This document shows, piece by piece, positions 1-9,655 of a DNA stretch of 25,098 bases. The stretch spans positions 1 to 25,098 of the forward strand of contig JBBQXJ010000071.1 in NCBI GenBank assembly GCA_038209745.1. The letters are read 5' to 3'. The translations under genes were made by a program, and so were the position numbers. The notes beneath the pieces were generated by a model that worked only from the letters and a program-made list of their open reading frames with translations, was not told the DNA's origin and searched no databases. Positions within the stretch are counted from its first letter, which is position 1, and each line of letters begins with the position of its first letter. The DNA is from Verrucomicrobiota bacterium. Lineage in GTDB: Bacteria; Verrucomicrobiota; Verrucomicrobiia; Limisphaerales; CANJSG01.

Positions 1-783
1 CCCGACGAAGCCGTGGCGCTCGGCGCGGCCATCCAGGCGGAGATCCTCAACGGTGGCTTCAAGAACGTGCTGCTGCTCGACGTCACGCCGCTCTCGCTCG
101 GCATCGAGACCTTCGGCGGTTTGATGAACGTCATCATCCACCGCAACTACACCATTCCCGTGAAGGCCGGCGAGATGTTCACCACCGCCGTGGACAACCA
201 GAAGTCGATGCTCATCCATGTGCTCCAGGGCGAACGCGAACGGGCGAAGGACAACTGGAGCCTCGGCAAGTTCCAGCTCGAGTTCGAGCAGGCGCCGAAG
301 GGCGTGCCGCGCGTGGGCGTGCAGTTCGAGATCGACGCCAACGGCATCCTCCAGGTGCTCGCCCGCGACGTGAAGACCGGCCATCAGAAGATCGTGCCGA
401 TCAAGTCCGCCGTGGATGTGGACGACGCCGACGTGCAGAAGATGGTCGAGGAATCCGTGGCCCACGCCTTCGACGACCTGCGCTACCGCCAATGGACCGA
501 GGCCAAGATCAAGGCCGGCGAAAACCTCATGGCCACGCGCAAGACCATGGCCGAATACGCCGCCGATCTGGACCCCGAATACAAGGGCCAGCTCGACGCC
601 GCGATGGAAGAACTGGAAGCCGTCCTATCCACCGAAGATTCCAAGACCAAGTCCGGCGATCCCAAGAAGCTGAAGGAAGCCAACGCCAAACTGGACGAAG
701 CCACCAAACCCCTCGCCGACCACGCCATGGACAAGGCGATGGAAGCGATGCTGCGGAAGAAGGGTTTGATCCCGCCCGCCTGA
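1..783 (+). CDS. Hsp70-family chaperone, C-terminal part (HscA-like rather than canonical DnaK); 5' end lies outside the window
   Basis: Frame is open from base 1 (PDEAVALGAAIQA). Contains the Hsp70 linker LLLDVTPLSLGIET and substrate-binding motifs RNYTIP, FTT, IHVLQGERE, QFEIDANGIL. It lacks a Gly-rich/acidic DnaK tail, and IHVLQGERE is HscA-like. Confidence 0.9.
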   Translation, partial: PDEAVALGAAIQAEILNGGFKNVLLLDVTPLSLGIETFGGLMNVIIHRNYTIPVKAGEMFTTAVDNQKSMLIHVLQGERERAKDNWSLGKFQLEFEQAPKGVPRVGVQFEIDANGILQVLARDVKTGHQKIVPIKSAVDVDDADVQKMVEESVAHAFDDLRYRQWTEAKIKAGENLMATRKTMAEYAADLDPEYKGQLDAAMEELEAVLSTEDSKTKSGDPKKLKEANAKLDEATKPLADHAMDKAMEAMLRKKGLIPPA

Positions 784-797
784 ACGAAGACTTTTTC

Positions 798-1063
798 AAC
801 CACAGATGGACACAGATACACACAGATGGGGAGTGGACCAGAAGACTCCCAGCCTGTCCTCGAAGCCTGAGCGGCTCGTCGGTAGGGCTGCGCTACCGCG
901 CTGCCCACACATCCGGAAAAAACCAGCGCAGCGCAGGTTCCTCTCGGGAGTTCGTTCTCCGGCCGAGAGGTTGCGTCCAGACTCAGGCTTGGGCTGGGAG
1001 CCTGACCGACTGGGCACGGCCGGCTTTCATTTCATCTGTGTTGATCTGTGTCCATCTGTGGTT
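798..1063. repeat. 266-bp element bounded by 31-bp inverted repeats made of three 10-nt CACAGAT-nnn units (MITE/REPIN-like)
   Basis: 798-828 AACCACAGATGGACACAGATACACACAGATG versus the reverse complement of 1033-1063 AACCACAGATGGACACAGATCAACACAGATG: 29/31 identical. Additional inner inverted 9-mers at 846-854/992-1000 and 863-871/982-990. Confidence 0.9.
881..906 (+). repeat. GTAG-headed REP-like hairpin
   Basis: GGTA-GGGC-T-GCGC-tacc-GCGC-T-GCCC: GTAG head followed by an 8-bp stem with one T/T mismatch. Same GGTAGGGCT head as 13825. Confidence 0.65.
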
Positions 1064-1074
1064 CTTTCGCTCCC

Positions 1075-1338
1075 GTGACCCCCATTGAACAACAGCTGCT
1101 CGACGAACTCCTCGCCTACGAGGACACGGTACGTCGTCTGCCCGCGCTGAATCCAAAGCCCAGCCTGCTCGCGATCTTCGAGAAGCTGGACGGAATGACC
1201 GCGCAACTGCCGCGCGGCACTTCGCCGGACCTGCTGCACTTCCTGCACAAGAAGAGCTACGAGAAGGCGCGCATGTGGCTTCAAGATCGGCGCGACGAGA
1301 TCGCACGCGGCGGCTGCGATGGGAAGGCGCAGCACTGA
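1075..1338 (+). CDS. Small hypothetical protein (~87 aa), predicted helical
   Basis: GTG start at 1075 just after the repeat element. Typical high-GC3 codon usage, co-oriented with the flanking genes, motif LLHFLHKKSYEKA. The ORF-track start at 1048 falls inside the repeat. Confidence 0.7.
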   Translation: MTPIEQQLLDELLAYEDTVRRLPALNPKPSLLAIFEKLDGMTAQLPRGTSPDLLHFLHKKSYEKARMWLQDRRDEIARGGCDGKAQH

Positions 1339-1364
1339 AGACTGTTCACTGGCTACTGAATACT
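1334..1364 (+). repeat. Heptamer tandem array (ACTGnnn x4)
   Basis: ACTGAAG ACTGTTC ACTGGCT ACTGAAT ACT. The first unit contains the TGA stop (1336-1338) of the upstream ORF. Confidence 0.7.
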
Positions 1365-1386
1365 TGGGCTGATACCTGACGCCGCC

Positions 1387-2754
1387 ATGTTCAACGACAC
1401 CATCGCCGCCATCGCGACGCCGCTCGGGGAAGCCGGGATCGCCGTAATCCGTGTTTCCGGAAACCAAGCGCTCAGTCTGGCGGATCAATGCTTTGAGCCA
1501 GCGAGCATCTCCGCGACGAAGCCTTCAGCGGCCGCGTCGCACACGCTGCACTACGGGCACATCGTTCGAAGCGGTGCCCGCGTGGACGAAGTCATGTTGG
1601 CCGTGCTGAAAGCACCCCGGACCTTCACCCGGGAAGACACGGTGGAGATCTCCTGCCACGGCGGCGTGCTCACGACCAAGCTGGTCTTGGATGCCGTGCT
1701 AACGGCGGGAGCCCGCTTGGCTGAACCCGGCGAGTTCACGCGTCGTGCTTTTCTCAACGGCCGCATCGATCTCACCCAGGCCGAAGCGGTCGCGGATCTG
1801 ATCCACGCCCGCACCGAACTGGCCGCCCAGGCCGCCGGCGAACAGCTCGCCGGCAAACTCTCGGCCCGGATCAACGTTCTCCGCGACGACCTTCTCCGGG
1901 TCTTGGCCCACGTCGAGGCGCACATCGATTTCCCCGACGAGGACATTTCGCCCGACACCCAGAAGGAACTTCTTCGTAAACTCGATGGCGGCATCGCCTT
2001 CATCGACGAACTGCTGCGCACGGCCGACGAAGGCCAGATCCTGCGGCGCGGGATCCGGGCGGCGATCATCGGCCGTCCCAATGCGGGCAAGTCCAGCCTG
2101 CTGAATCTGTTGCTGGGCCACGACCGCGCCATCGTCTCGCCCATCGCCGGCACCACGCGCGACACGATCGAGGAGACGGCCAACATTCGCGGCATTCCCG
2201 TGATCTTCATCGACACCGCCGGACTGCGCGAAGCCTCGGACTCGATCGAGCAGGAAGGCATCCGTCGCAGCCGGACGAGCGCGGCGCGGGCGGATCTGGT
2301 GCTGCATTTGATCGACGGCTCAGAGCCGTTGCACCCGGAAGACGCGGGTTGGCTGAAGGAATTTGCGGGCAAGAAGCGGATCCTCGTCTGCAACAAGTGC
2401 GACCTCCCGAAACGGGCCGGGCTGTCGATCGAGGGTGCCACGATCGTGGAGGTCAGCTGTGTGACCGACGCGGGTTTTGAATCGTTGAAGGACGCGATCA
2501 AAGCCGCCGTCTGGTCCGGGGATATCGCCGGGGATCCGCTCCAGATCATGATCAACTCGCGCCATCAAGAAGCGCTGCAACGTGGTCGTTCGGGAGTCGT
2601 CCGCGCGGCGGAGGCGCTGCGGAGCGGGTTGACACTGGAACTGGTCGCGGCCGATCTGCGGGGTTCGGTACAGGCGGTCGGGGAGATCGTCGGAAAGACT
2701 TCGACGGAGGATCTCCTGGACTCGATCTTCAGCCAGTTCTGCTTGGGGAAATGA
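1387..2754 (+). CDS. mnmE: tRNA modification GTPase MnmE (TrmE)
   Basis: N-terminal DTIAAIATP..GIAVIRVSG, FTREDTVEISCHGG, PGEFTRRAFLNGRIDLTQAE, G1 GRPNAGKSS, GTTRD, DTAG, NKCD and C-terminal FCLGK. Confidence 0.98.
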   Translation: MFNDTIAAIATPLGEAGIAVIRVSGNQALSLADQCFEPASISATKPSAAASHTLHYGHIVRSGARVDEVMLAVLKAPRTFTREDTVEISCHGGVLTTKLVLDAVLTAGARLAEPGEFTRRAFLNGRIDLTQAEAVADLIHARTELAAQAAGEQLAGKLSARINVLRDDLLRVLAHVEAHIDFPDEDISPDTQKELLRKLDGGIAFIDELLRTADEGQILRRGIRAAIIGRPNAGKSSLLNLLLGHDRAIVSPIAGTTRDTIEETANIRGIPVIFIDTAGLREASDSIEQEGIRRSRTSAARADLVLHLIDGSEPLHPEDAGWLKEFAGKKRILVCNKCDLPKRAGLSIEGATIVEVSCVTDAGFESLKDAIKAAVWSGDIAGDPLQIMINSRHQEALQRGRSGVVRAAEALRSGLTLELVAADLRGSVQAVGEIVGKTSTEDLLDSIFSQFCLGK

Positions 2755-2755
2755 T

Positions 2756-2900
2756 GGAGCGCGGACGGTCACGTCCGCGAGGTCTGCCTCGACAACGTCG
2801 AGCGATCTCTTCTTGTCATGGCGACAAGCAACAACGACGGGTTTGACTCCGCTTGTTTCCTCGTTGGACGCCGCCTCGCGGACATGGCCGTCCGCGCTCC
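2756..2900. repeat. Inverted pair of GGAG-headed REP-like palindromes (REP doublet) between convergent genes
   Basis: 2756-2782 GGAGCGCGGACGGTCACGTCCGCGAGG versus the reverse complement of 2874-2900 GGAGCGCGGACGGCCATGTCCGCGAGG: 25/27 identical. Each copy is itself a CGCGGAC...GTCCGCG hairpin. Confidence 0.9.
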
Positions 2901-3322
2901 TATCGTGTCGCCGACTCCACCGCTTGCGGCTTCTTGGCCTCCTTCACCTTCTCGCTGTAGGTGATCAACGCGGCCCCGATGAGAATGAACGCAACTCCGC
3001 TCCAGCGCATGGGACTCACGGTTTCGTTCAGGACCAGCTTCGCGGCGATGGTGGTGAAGACGAAGCTGAGGGCGGTCATCGGCCAGACGAAACTGACGTC
3101 GGCCTGGCTCAGGAGATAGAGCAGCCCACCGAAGAACGCCGCTTCCAGGGCGATTCCGGCAATCATCCCCCGATTCGTGGCGGCGGCTTTGGCCAATCGC
3201 CAAACCTCCGGGAACGAGACATCTTTCAGCACGCCGATTTCCTTCATGGCGCGGCTGAGCAGGACGACTCCAGCGGCTTCGCAAGCGAGCCCGACGAGAA
3301 TGATGATGAGGAATTTTGTCAC
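2900..3322 (-). CDS. Small EamA/SMR (DMT superfamily) membrane transporter, ArnE/ArnF-like
   Basis: 140 aa with four hydrophobic helices and the DMT-type motif LSQADVSFVWPMTALSFV...LVLNETVSPMRWSGVAFILIG. The GTG start overlaps the hpnK stop (GTGA). Confidence 0.8.
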   Translation of the reverse strand: MTKFLIIILVGLACEAAGVVLLSRAMKEIGVLKDVSFPEVWRLAKAAATNRGMIAGIALEAAFFGGLLYLLSQADVSFVWPMTALSFVFTTIAAKLVLNETVSPMRWSGVAFILIGAALITYSEKVKEAKKPQAVESATR

Positions 3323-4200
3323 AGGTCTTGGTGGCGAATGAGACGGATCCCGGCCGCGGCAACCGCCCGGCGGACCCGGGGGCTGATCAACGCGGCCGTT
3401 TCATGGGCAAAGTCGGTTTCCGAAGGGTGCGAGTAAAGTTCCGAGTCGCCGGCGGGCAGGCACGGGAGCAACCGGAGGAGGAAGTCTTCGTGGACGCGGC
3501 CATTTTGGAGGAGACCGAAAACCCTGTCGGTGTGGCGGATCCCGGCGCGACGCAGCTTCGGTCCAGCCCAGGCGCTCAACATCCGGAAAATGAGCGCGTG
3601 GCTGCATCGGTAGGTCCACTCGCCGCCCGCCAAGCGGGTGTTCAGCCAAAACGGATCGACGGTCAGCCGAAGACGACGGATGCCCCACTGATCCGCCTTG
3701 CGCAGCAGGACGCGAAGGACCGTCGGGTGCAGGTGGAAATTCAGGTGCCCATCGACGTGGTCGAGGACGAGACCCGTCGCACGGAAGCGCTCAAACTGGA
3801 GGGACAATTCCTGCTCGATCCACGTTTCCATGGACCGGTCGAAGAAGAACTGGAAGCCGGCTTGAACGGGGGACATCGGCGAGCAACCCGCATTCAACTT
3901 CGAACATGCAACGCCCAACGCGGAGGCTCTTCGACGCTGGTTGTGGGTCGTTGGTTGTTGGTTGTTTGCAGAGGTCCTTCCTCCGACCAGAACCAAGTGC
4001 AGCCCGACTCCAAGTCTTGGATTCTCACGGGCCAATTGAACCGCCTCGTCGGCGAACGGCTCGTTCACCATCAGGCTGGCGGTGGTGAGGATGCCGTCGC
4101 GATGGGCGCGGATGACGGCGGAATTGATCGAGGGCGAACGACCAAAGTCGTCGGCGTTGACGATGAGCCGGCGGATCCTTGTTGAAACGAAGCCCCTCAT
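3319..4200 (-). CDS. hpnK: ChbG/YdjC/HpnK-family deacetylase, hopanoid-associated HpnK
   Basis: LIVNADDFG, GILTTASLMV, GVGLHL, LDHVDGHLNFHLHP and ELYSHP motifs, directly downstream of hpnD. ATG at 4200 chosen because the 4227 start lies in a repeat. Confidence 0.88.
   Translation of the reverse strand: MRGFVSTRIRRLIVNADDFGRSPSINSAVIRAHRDGILTTASLMVNEPFADEAVQLARENPRLGVGLHLVLVGGRTSANNQQPTTHNQRRRASALGVACSKLNAGCSPMSPVQAGFQFFFDRSMETWIEQELSLQFERFRATGLVLDHVDGHLNFHLHPTVLRVLLRKADQWGIRRLRLTVDPFWLNTRLAGGEWTYRCSHALIFRMLSAWAGPKLRRAGIRHTDRVFGLLQNGRVHEDFLLRLLPCLPAGDSELYSHPSETDFAHETAALISPRVRRAVAAAGIRLIRHQDL
3896..3966. repeat. Opposed heptamer arrays inside the hpnK coding sequence
   Basis: AACTTCG AACATGC AACGCCC AACGCGG (3896-3923) and GGTTGTG GGTCGTT GGTTGTT GGTTGTT (3939-3966). 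Confidence 0.75.
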
Positions 4201-4201
4201 G

Positions 4202-4326
4202 TTTGAAGAGGAGCTAGCAGGGAACACGGAGGAGAACCGAAAAGATCGGCTGCATGGTCATCGGTCTGGCAGGAAGTCTTCCACTGCTTTCCTGTGCTCC
4301 GCTTCCTCGGCTGGCTCCTGTTCAAA
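4202..4326. repeat. Inverted pair of degenerate 9-nt-unit (CAGAG-type) repeats between hpnD and hpnK
   Basis: 4202-4231 TTTGAAGAGGAGCTAGCAGGGAACACGGAG versus the reverse complement of 4297-4326 TTTGAACAGGAGCCAGCCGAGGAAGCGGAG: 23/30. A related pair lies at 17029-17192. Confidence 0.7.
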
Positions 4327-4345
4327 ACCTCAGGGGTTCACCCGT

Positions 4346-5215
4346 TCAGGCCGGCCCATAGTTCGGGGTCAGCATGCCGGCCGAGAGACGGAACCAGGTG
4401 CGGCCGATGAGAAGGATCTTCTGCAGCTTGTTCAACCGGGTCAGAGAGGGGCCGAAGACGTTGAACTGCCGCTGCTCCAGTTTGGCCAGCAGACGCCAGT
4501 AGACGGAGCCCATCAGCTCGGCGGCGATCATGTTGCGCCGATCGGCGGTGGGCAGGAGCTCACGGGCCTTGGCGTAGTGGAAGCGGGCACGCTCCCCGAC
4601 GCTGAAGGCGAGGTCGCGGAATTCCGGGGTGTAGTGGCCGTGCAGAATATCGTGCTCGGACACCTTGAAGCGACGGAGCTCCTCCAGCGGGAGGTAGATC
4701 CGGCCGCGTTCGGCATCGACCTTCACGTCCCGCAGAATATTGGTGAGCTGGAGCGCTTGGCCAAGGTGGACGGCGTATTCGCGGCACTTGGGATCGGTGT
4801 AGCCGAAGATCTCGATGCTGAGGAGGCCGACGACGGAGGCGACGCGGTAGCAGTATTGCTCCAAACCGGCGTAGTCCTCGTAGCGGACGGTATCGAGGTC
4901 GGTTTCGCACCCGACGATGAGCTCGTCGAAGAGCTCGAACGGCAGCCGGTATTGGCGGATGACCGACTGAAGCTCCTGGTTGACGCCCATCCGCGGCTTC
5001 TCGGAACCGCAGGCGCGACGGATGTCGTCACGCCATTCTTGGAGACCCTTGCGGCGGTCGACGACGGATCGGGACTCCTCGTCGGCCACATCGTCCACCT
5101 CGCGGCAGAAGGCGTAGAGCGCGGCCATGCCCTCGCGCTTGGGCTTGGGCAGGAGGATGAAGGCCAGCGCGAGATTGGACGAACTCTTGCGGGTGATGGC
5201 CTCGGACTGCTCCAT
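4346..5215 (-). CDS. hpnD: Squalene/phytoene synthase family, presqualene diphosphate synthase HpnD-like
   Basis: ALYAFCREVDDVAD (DDxxD), YCYRVASVVG, LGQALQLTNILRDVKVDAERGRIYLP. Adjacent to hpnK. Confidence 0.85.
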   Translation of the reverse strand: MEQSEAITRKSSSNLALAFILLPKPKREGMAALYAFCREVDDVADEESRSVVDRRKGLQEWRDDIRRACGSEKPRMGVNQELQSVIRQYRLPFELFDELIVGCETDLDTVRYEDYAGLEQYCYRVASVVGLLSIEIFGYTDPKCREYAVHLGQALQLTNILRDVKVDAERGRIYLPLEELRRFKVSEHDILHGHYTPEFRDLAFSVGERARFHYAKARELLPTADRRNMIAAELMGSVYWRLLAKLEQRQFNVFGPSLTRLNKLQKILLIGRTWFRLSAGMLTPNYGPA

Positions 5216-5218
5216 GGA

Positions 5219-5631
5219 TCAGAGCTCGGGGTTCTGACCGGGGTCGCGCAAAGGCGGGAGGCCGCCGGTATCCGCCAACGTCGGGTTGTTGACGCGCTGG
5301 ACGCTGGTGGTGCCGTCGCTGGAGCGCTTGTGGCGCCGATGATGCCGCTTTCCGCGATGCCCCGACGATTCCCCGGTCGACGGATCCACCCGGGCAACGC
5401 CGTCCTCGCCCGCTTGATACTTGGGATAGGACGACCTTTTCTTGACCGGCTTCCGATAGGCCCTCTTGGCCACGAGAAAAATGATGATAGAGAGGATCAC
5501 CAGGATCCCGATGACGATGCCGGCCTCTTTCAGGCCGCTGTTCTTCATGGATTCCCACCAACCGCCCGATGTCGGGGCCGTCGTGGTGCGCCCGGTCGTG
5601 CCGAGCTGTGCAAGTAATCCGACGATAGCAT

Positions 5632-5635
<4 letters not shown>
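5219..5635 (-). CDS. Hypothetical single-pass membrane protein with basic cytoplasmic tail
   Basis: TM segment AGIVIGILVILSIIIFLVA followed by a Lys/Arg/His-rich region and the C-terminal motif NPTLADTGGLPPLR. ATGA overlap with the upstream regulator stop, 3-bp gap to hpnD. Confidence 0.75.
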
Positions 5636-7059
<1,424 letters not shown>

Positions 7060-8462
7060 CGTCGGTTTGCAGGAGGCTTTTTGAGGGGAAGACGAGGACG
7101 AAGCGAGCCCCTTGTCCGACGGCCGATTCGAGGCGGACCGACCCTCCATAGAGCTCGGTGTTGTGCTTCACGATGGCGAGCCCCAGTCCGGATCCGTTTT
7201 CCTTCGTCGAAAAACTGCTCTCGAAGACGCGCTCCATCCGCTCCGGAAGTATGCCAGGACCGTTGTCCTCGATCACCACCTCCACCGAACGGTTGGATCC
7301 GTTCGAGGCACGGATGGAGACCACGCCCGAGTCGCCCAGCGCTTCGCGGGCGTTTTGGAGGAGGTTCACGAAGATCTCCCAGAGATGGATCCGCTGCATC
7401 AGGAGCGCGGGCAGATCGGGCGAGAAGCTTCGCCGGACCTGGATCCGGAACGCGGCCGCCGGCGGAAACACCTCCTGGATCGCCCGCTCCAGTTCCTCGA
7501 CCACAACGAGCTTCTCCACCTTGCCGTCGGCCAGTTTCGCATAGCCCATCAGCTCGGTGAGAATCCGGTCGGAACGGGTGACTTCTTCCCGGATGATGTC
7601 GAGCTGGGCCTGGGCCGGTTCGCTGCGGATGGAGCGCTGGAGAACAAAGGCGGCGTTGGTGATGATCGCGAGAGGATTGCGCAGCCGGTGGGCGATCTCG
7701 GCGGAAATGCGGCCGGCCGTGTGCAGATGCTCGGTGCGGGCGAAGATTTCCGCCGCCTCTTCGCGGTCATGGCGGCGTTTTTCCATGAGGATCTGGGCCC
7801 CGTGCGCGCAGACCGCGGTCAGAACCAGCACGACAACGCGCAGCAGGAAGGGCTCCGCAGGACCTCCTTGATTGGTCGACTCGAAAGCGCGACGGATGTC
7901 GGGATCGATCATGTTGATCTCCTCCGCGAGGATTCCCACATCGACCAGCCCGGCGATCAGGTAGAGCAGGCACACACAGACGTTCAGAGCCACCCCCGGT
8001 GTCGTGTGCTGGAGGCTGATGGTGTGGCGGACGATCAACACCAGGAGCATCCAGAAAAGGATGCTGTCGAAGCCTCCGGTGAGCAGCGTCAACGCGCAGA
8101 CCAGCAACGTGTCGAACAGGCCCCCCGCGAAGATCAACCACTCCAGCGCCGTCGGTGGGATCCGCTTCACCCCGAAAATGATCGCCCCAAAGACGCCTTG
8201 AACGGCGATGTAGACCAGCAGCAGGTGCTGCAGGGTTTCGACCACGAGATCGCGGGTGAAAATGGCTTCGTCGAACCAGGAGCCGCCGAAGAAGACCAGG
8301 TAGAGGATGATCACCGCCCCGAGCCGCACCGGGAACACCACGTCCCGCTCGATCCGCCGCGCCCTCGCCGCGCCCCCTTGGCCGATCGGTGCGCTGACCG
8401 CCTTGAGCAGTCCCCCCAGCCCGTCCTTGATCAACTGTCTCGCGGCGCGGGCCATACCGGCG

Positions 8463-9011
8463 TCAGGTCAACAGGTGCTTCACCCGTTCCGCGATGCGGT
8501 CCACCGGCCAGAGCCGCCCGACCCCTTCATAGCCGCAGGAGAGCATCCCCTCCTCCGGTCCGATGAACTCGACGCCCCGCTGCTTGAGCGTCGCGACGTT
8601 CGCCTGCGTGGCCGGGTGGAGCCACATCTTGCCGTTCATCGCCGGGGCCACGAGCAACGCCGCCTTGGGCTGTAGGGCGAGGGCGATGCAGCTGAGCGCA
8701 TCGTCCGCCAATCCATGGGCCAGCTTGGCCAGGACGTTGGCCGTCGCCGGAGCCACCAGGAACAGGTCCGCTTCGTCCGCCACGCGGATGTGCGAGGGCT
8801 TCCAGCCTTCCTCCTCGTCGTAAAGATCGGTGATGACCGGTTGGCGGGACAGGGTCTTGAAGGCCAGCGGCGTGATGAACCGCTGCGCGTCCGCCGTCAT
8901 CACGACCGTCACGGCAAAGCCCGCCTTGGCGAGAAGGCTCGTCAGGTCCGCGGCCTTGTAGGCGGCGATCGATCCGGTGACTCCGAGGACGACGTTCTTG
9001 GGAGTGCTCAT
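8463..9011 (-). CDS. coaC: Phosphopantothenoylcysteine decarboxylase (standalone CoaC flavoprotein, no CoaB domain)
   Basis: VVLGVTGSIAAYKA, APATANVLAKLAHGLADDAL, APAMNGKMW, LSCGYEGVGRL. Ends at about 182 aa. Start ATG 9011 (alternative TTG 9032). Confidence 0.9.
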   Translation of the reverse strand: MSTPKNVVLGVTGSIAAYKAADLTSLLAKAGFAVTVVMTADAQRFITPLAFKTLSRQPVITDLYDEEEGWKPSHIRVADEADLFLVAPATANVLAKLAHGLADDALSCIALALQPKAALLVAPAMNGKMWLHPATQANVATLKQRGVEFIGPEEGMLSCGYEGVGRLWPVDRIAERVKHLLT

Positions 9012-9024
9012 GCGTTGGGGCGGT

Positions 9025-9651
9025 TCAATCAAAGCTCGGCGCCGTCGACCGGGCCTGCTTCATCCTCTCGGCCAGGATGATGGCGCGGGCGCGCCGGACA
9101 TCTTCGTTGATGCTCGTGCTGATCAGGAGGTAGTCGAAGTGTTTCCATTGCGCCAGTTCCTGCCGCGCGACGCTCAGGCGCTTCTGGATCACCGCGGCGA
9201 CGTCCGTGCCGCGCTTGTTCAGGCGGCGCTCCAGTTCGGACATTGAGGGCGGAGTCAGGAAAACGCAGACCAACGCGCGCCGCAGCTCCTCGTCCTCCTT
9301 CGCCTTGGCCTGGATGGCGGCCGCGCCCTGCACGTCGATGTTCAACAGCACGTCGCGACCGGAACGCAGCTTCGCCACCACCTCGCTCTTCAAGGTGCCG
9401 TAGCTGTTGCCGTAGACCGTGGCGTGTTCGAGGAAGTTGCCCGCCTGGACCCGCCGCAGGAAATCGCCCGCTTCCAGGAAGTGGTAGTCCACCCCGTCCT
9501 TCTCGGACTCGCGCGCCGCCCGGGTCGTGCAGGTCACCACCCGGGTCATGTTCGACTCGGCGGCGATCAGCTGCTGGCAAAGCGTCGTCTTGCCGCCCCC
9601 GGAAGGAGCGGAAATGACGATCAACAGGGCTTGGGATTTTCCGGTCTCCAT
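9025..9651 (-). CDS. gmk: Guanylate kinase
   Basis: ISAPSGGGKTT P-loop, TTRAARESEKDGVDYHF, YGNSYGT, IDVQGA, FLTPPS. Confidence 0.97.
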   Translation of the reverse strand: METGKSQALLIVISAPSGGGKTTLCQQLIAAESNMTRVVTCTTRAARESEKDGVDYHFLEAGDFLRRVQAGNFLEHATVYGNSYGTLKSEVVAKLRSGRDVLLNIDVQGAAAIQAKAKEDEELRRALVCVFLTPPSMSELERRLNKRGTDVAAVIQKRLSVARQELAQWKHFDYLLISTSINEDVRRARAIILAERMKQARSTAPSFD

Positions 9652-9655
9652 GGTC

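Noticed and set aside
1..783. Calling this gene canonical dnaK
   Set aside because: C-terminus and substrate-binding motifs diverge from DnaK. The upstream context needed to decide on hscA is outside the window.
798..1063. CRISPR array or IS element interpretation of the CACAGAT repeats
   Set aside because: Units are contiguous 10-mers without unique spacers, there are no cas or transposase genes, and no target-site duplication is evident.
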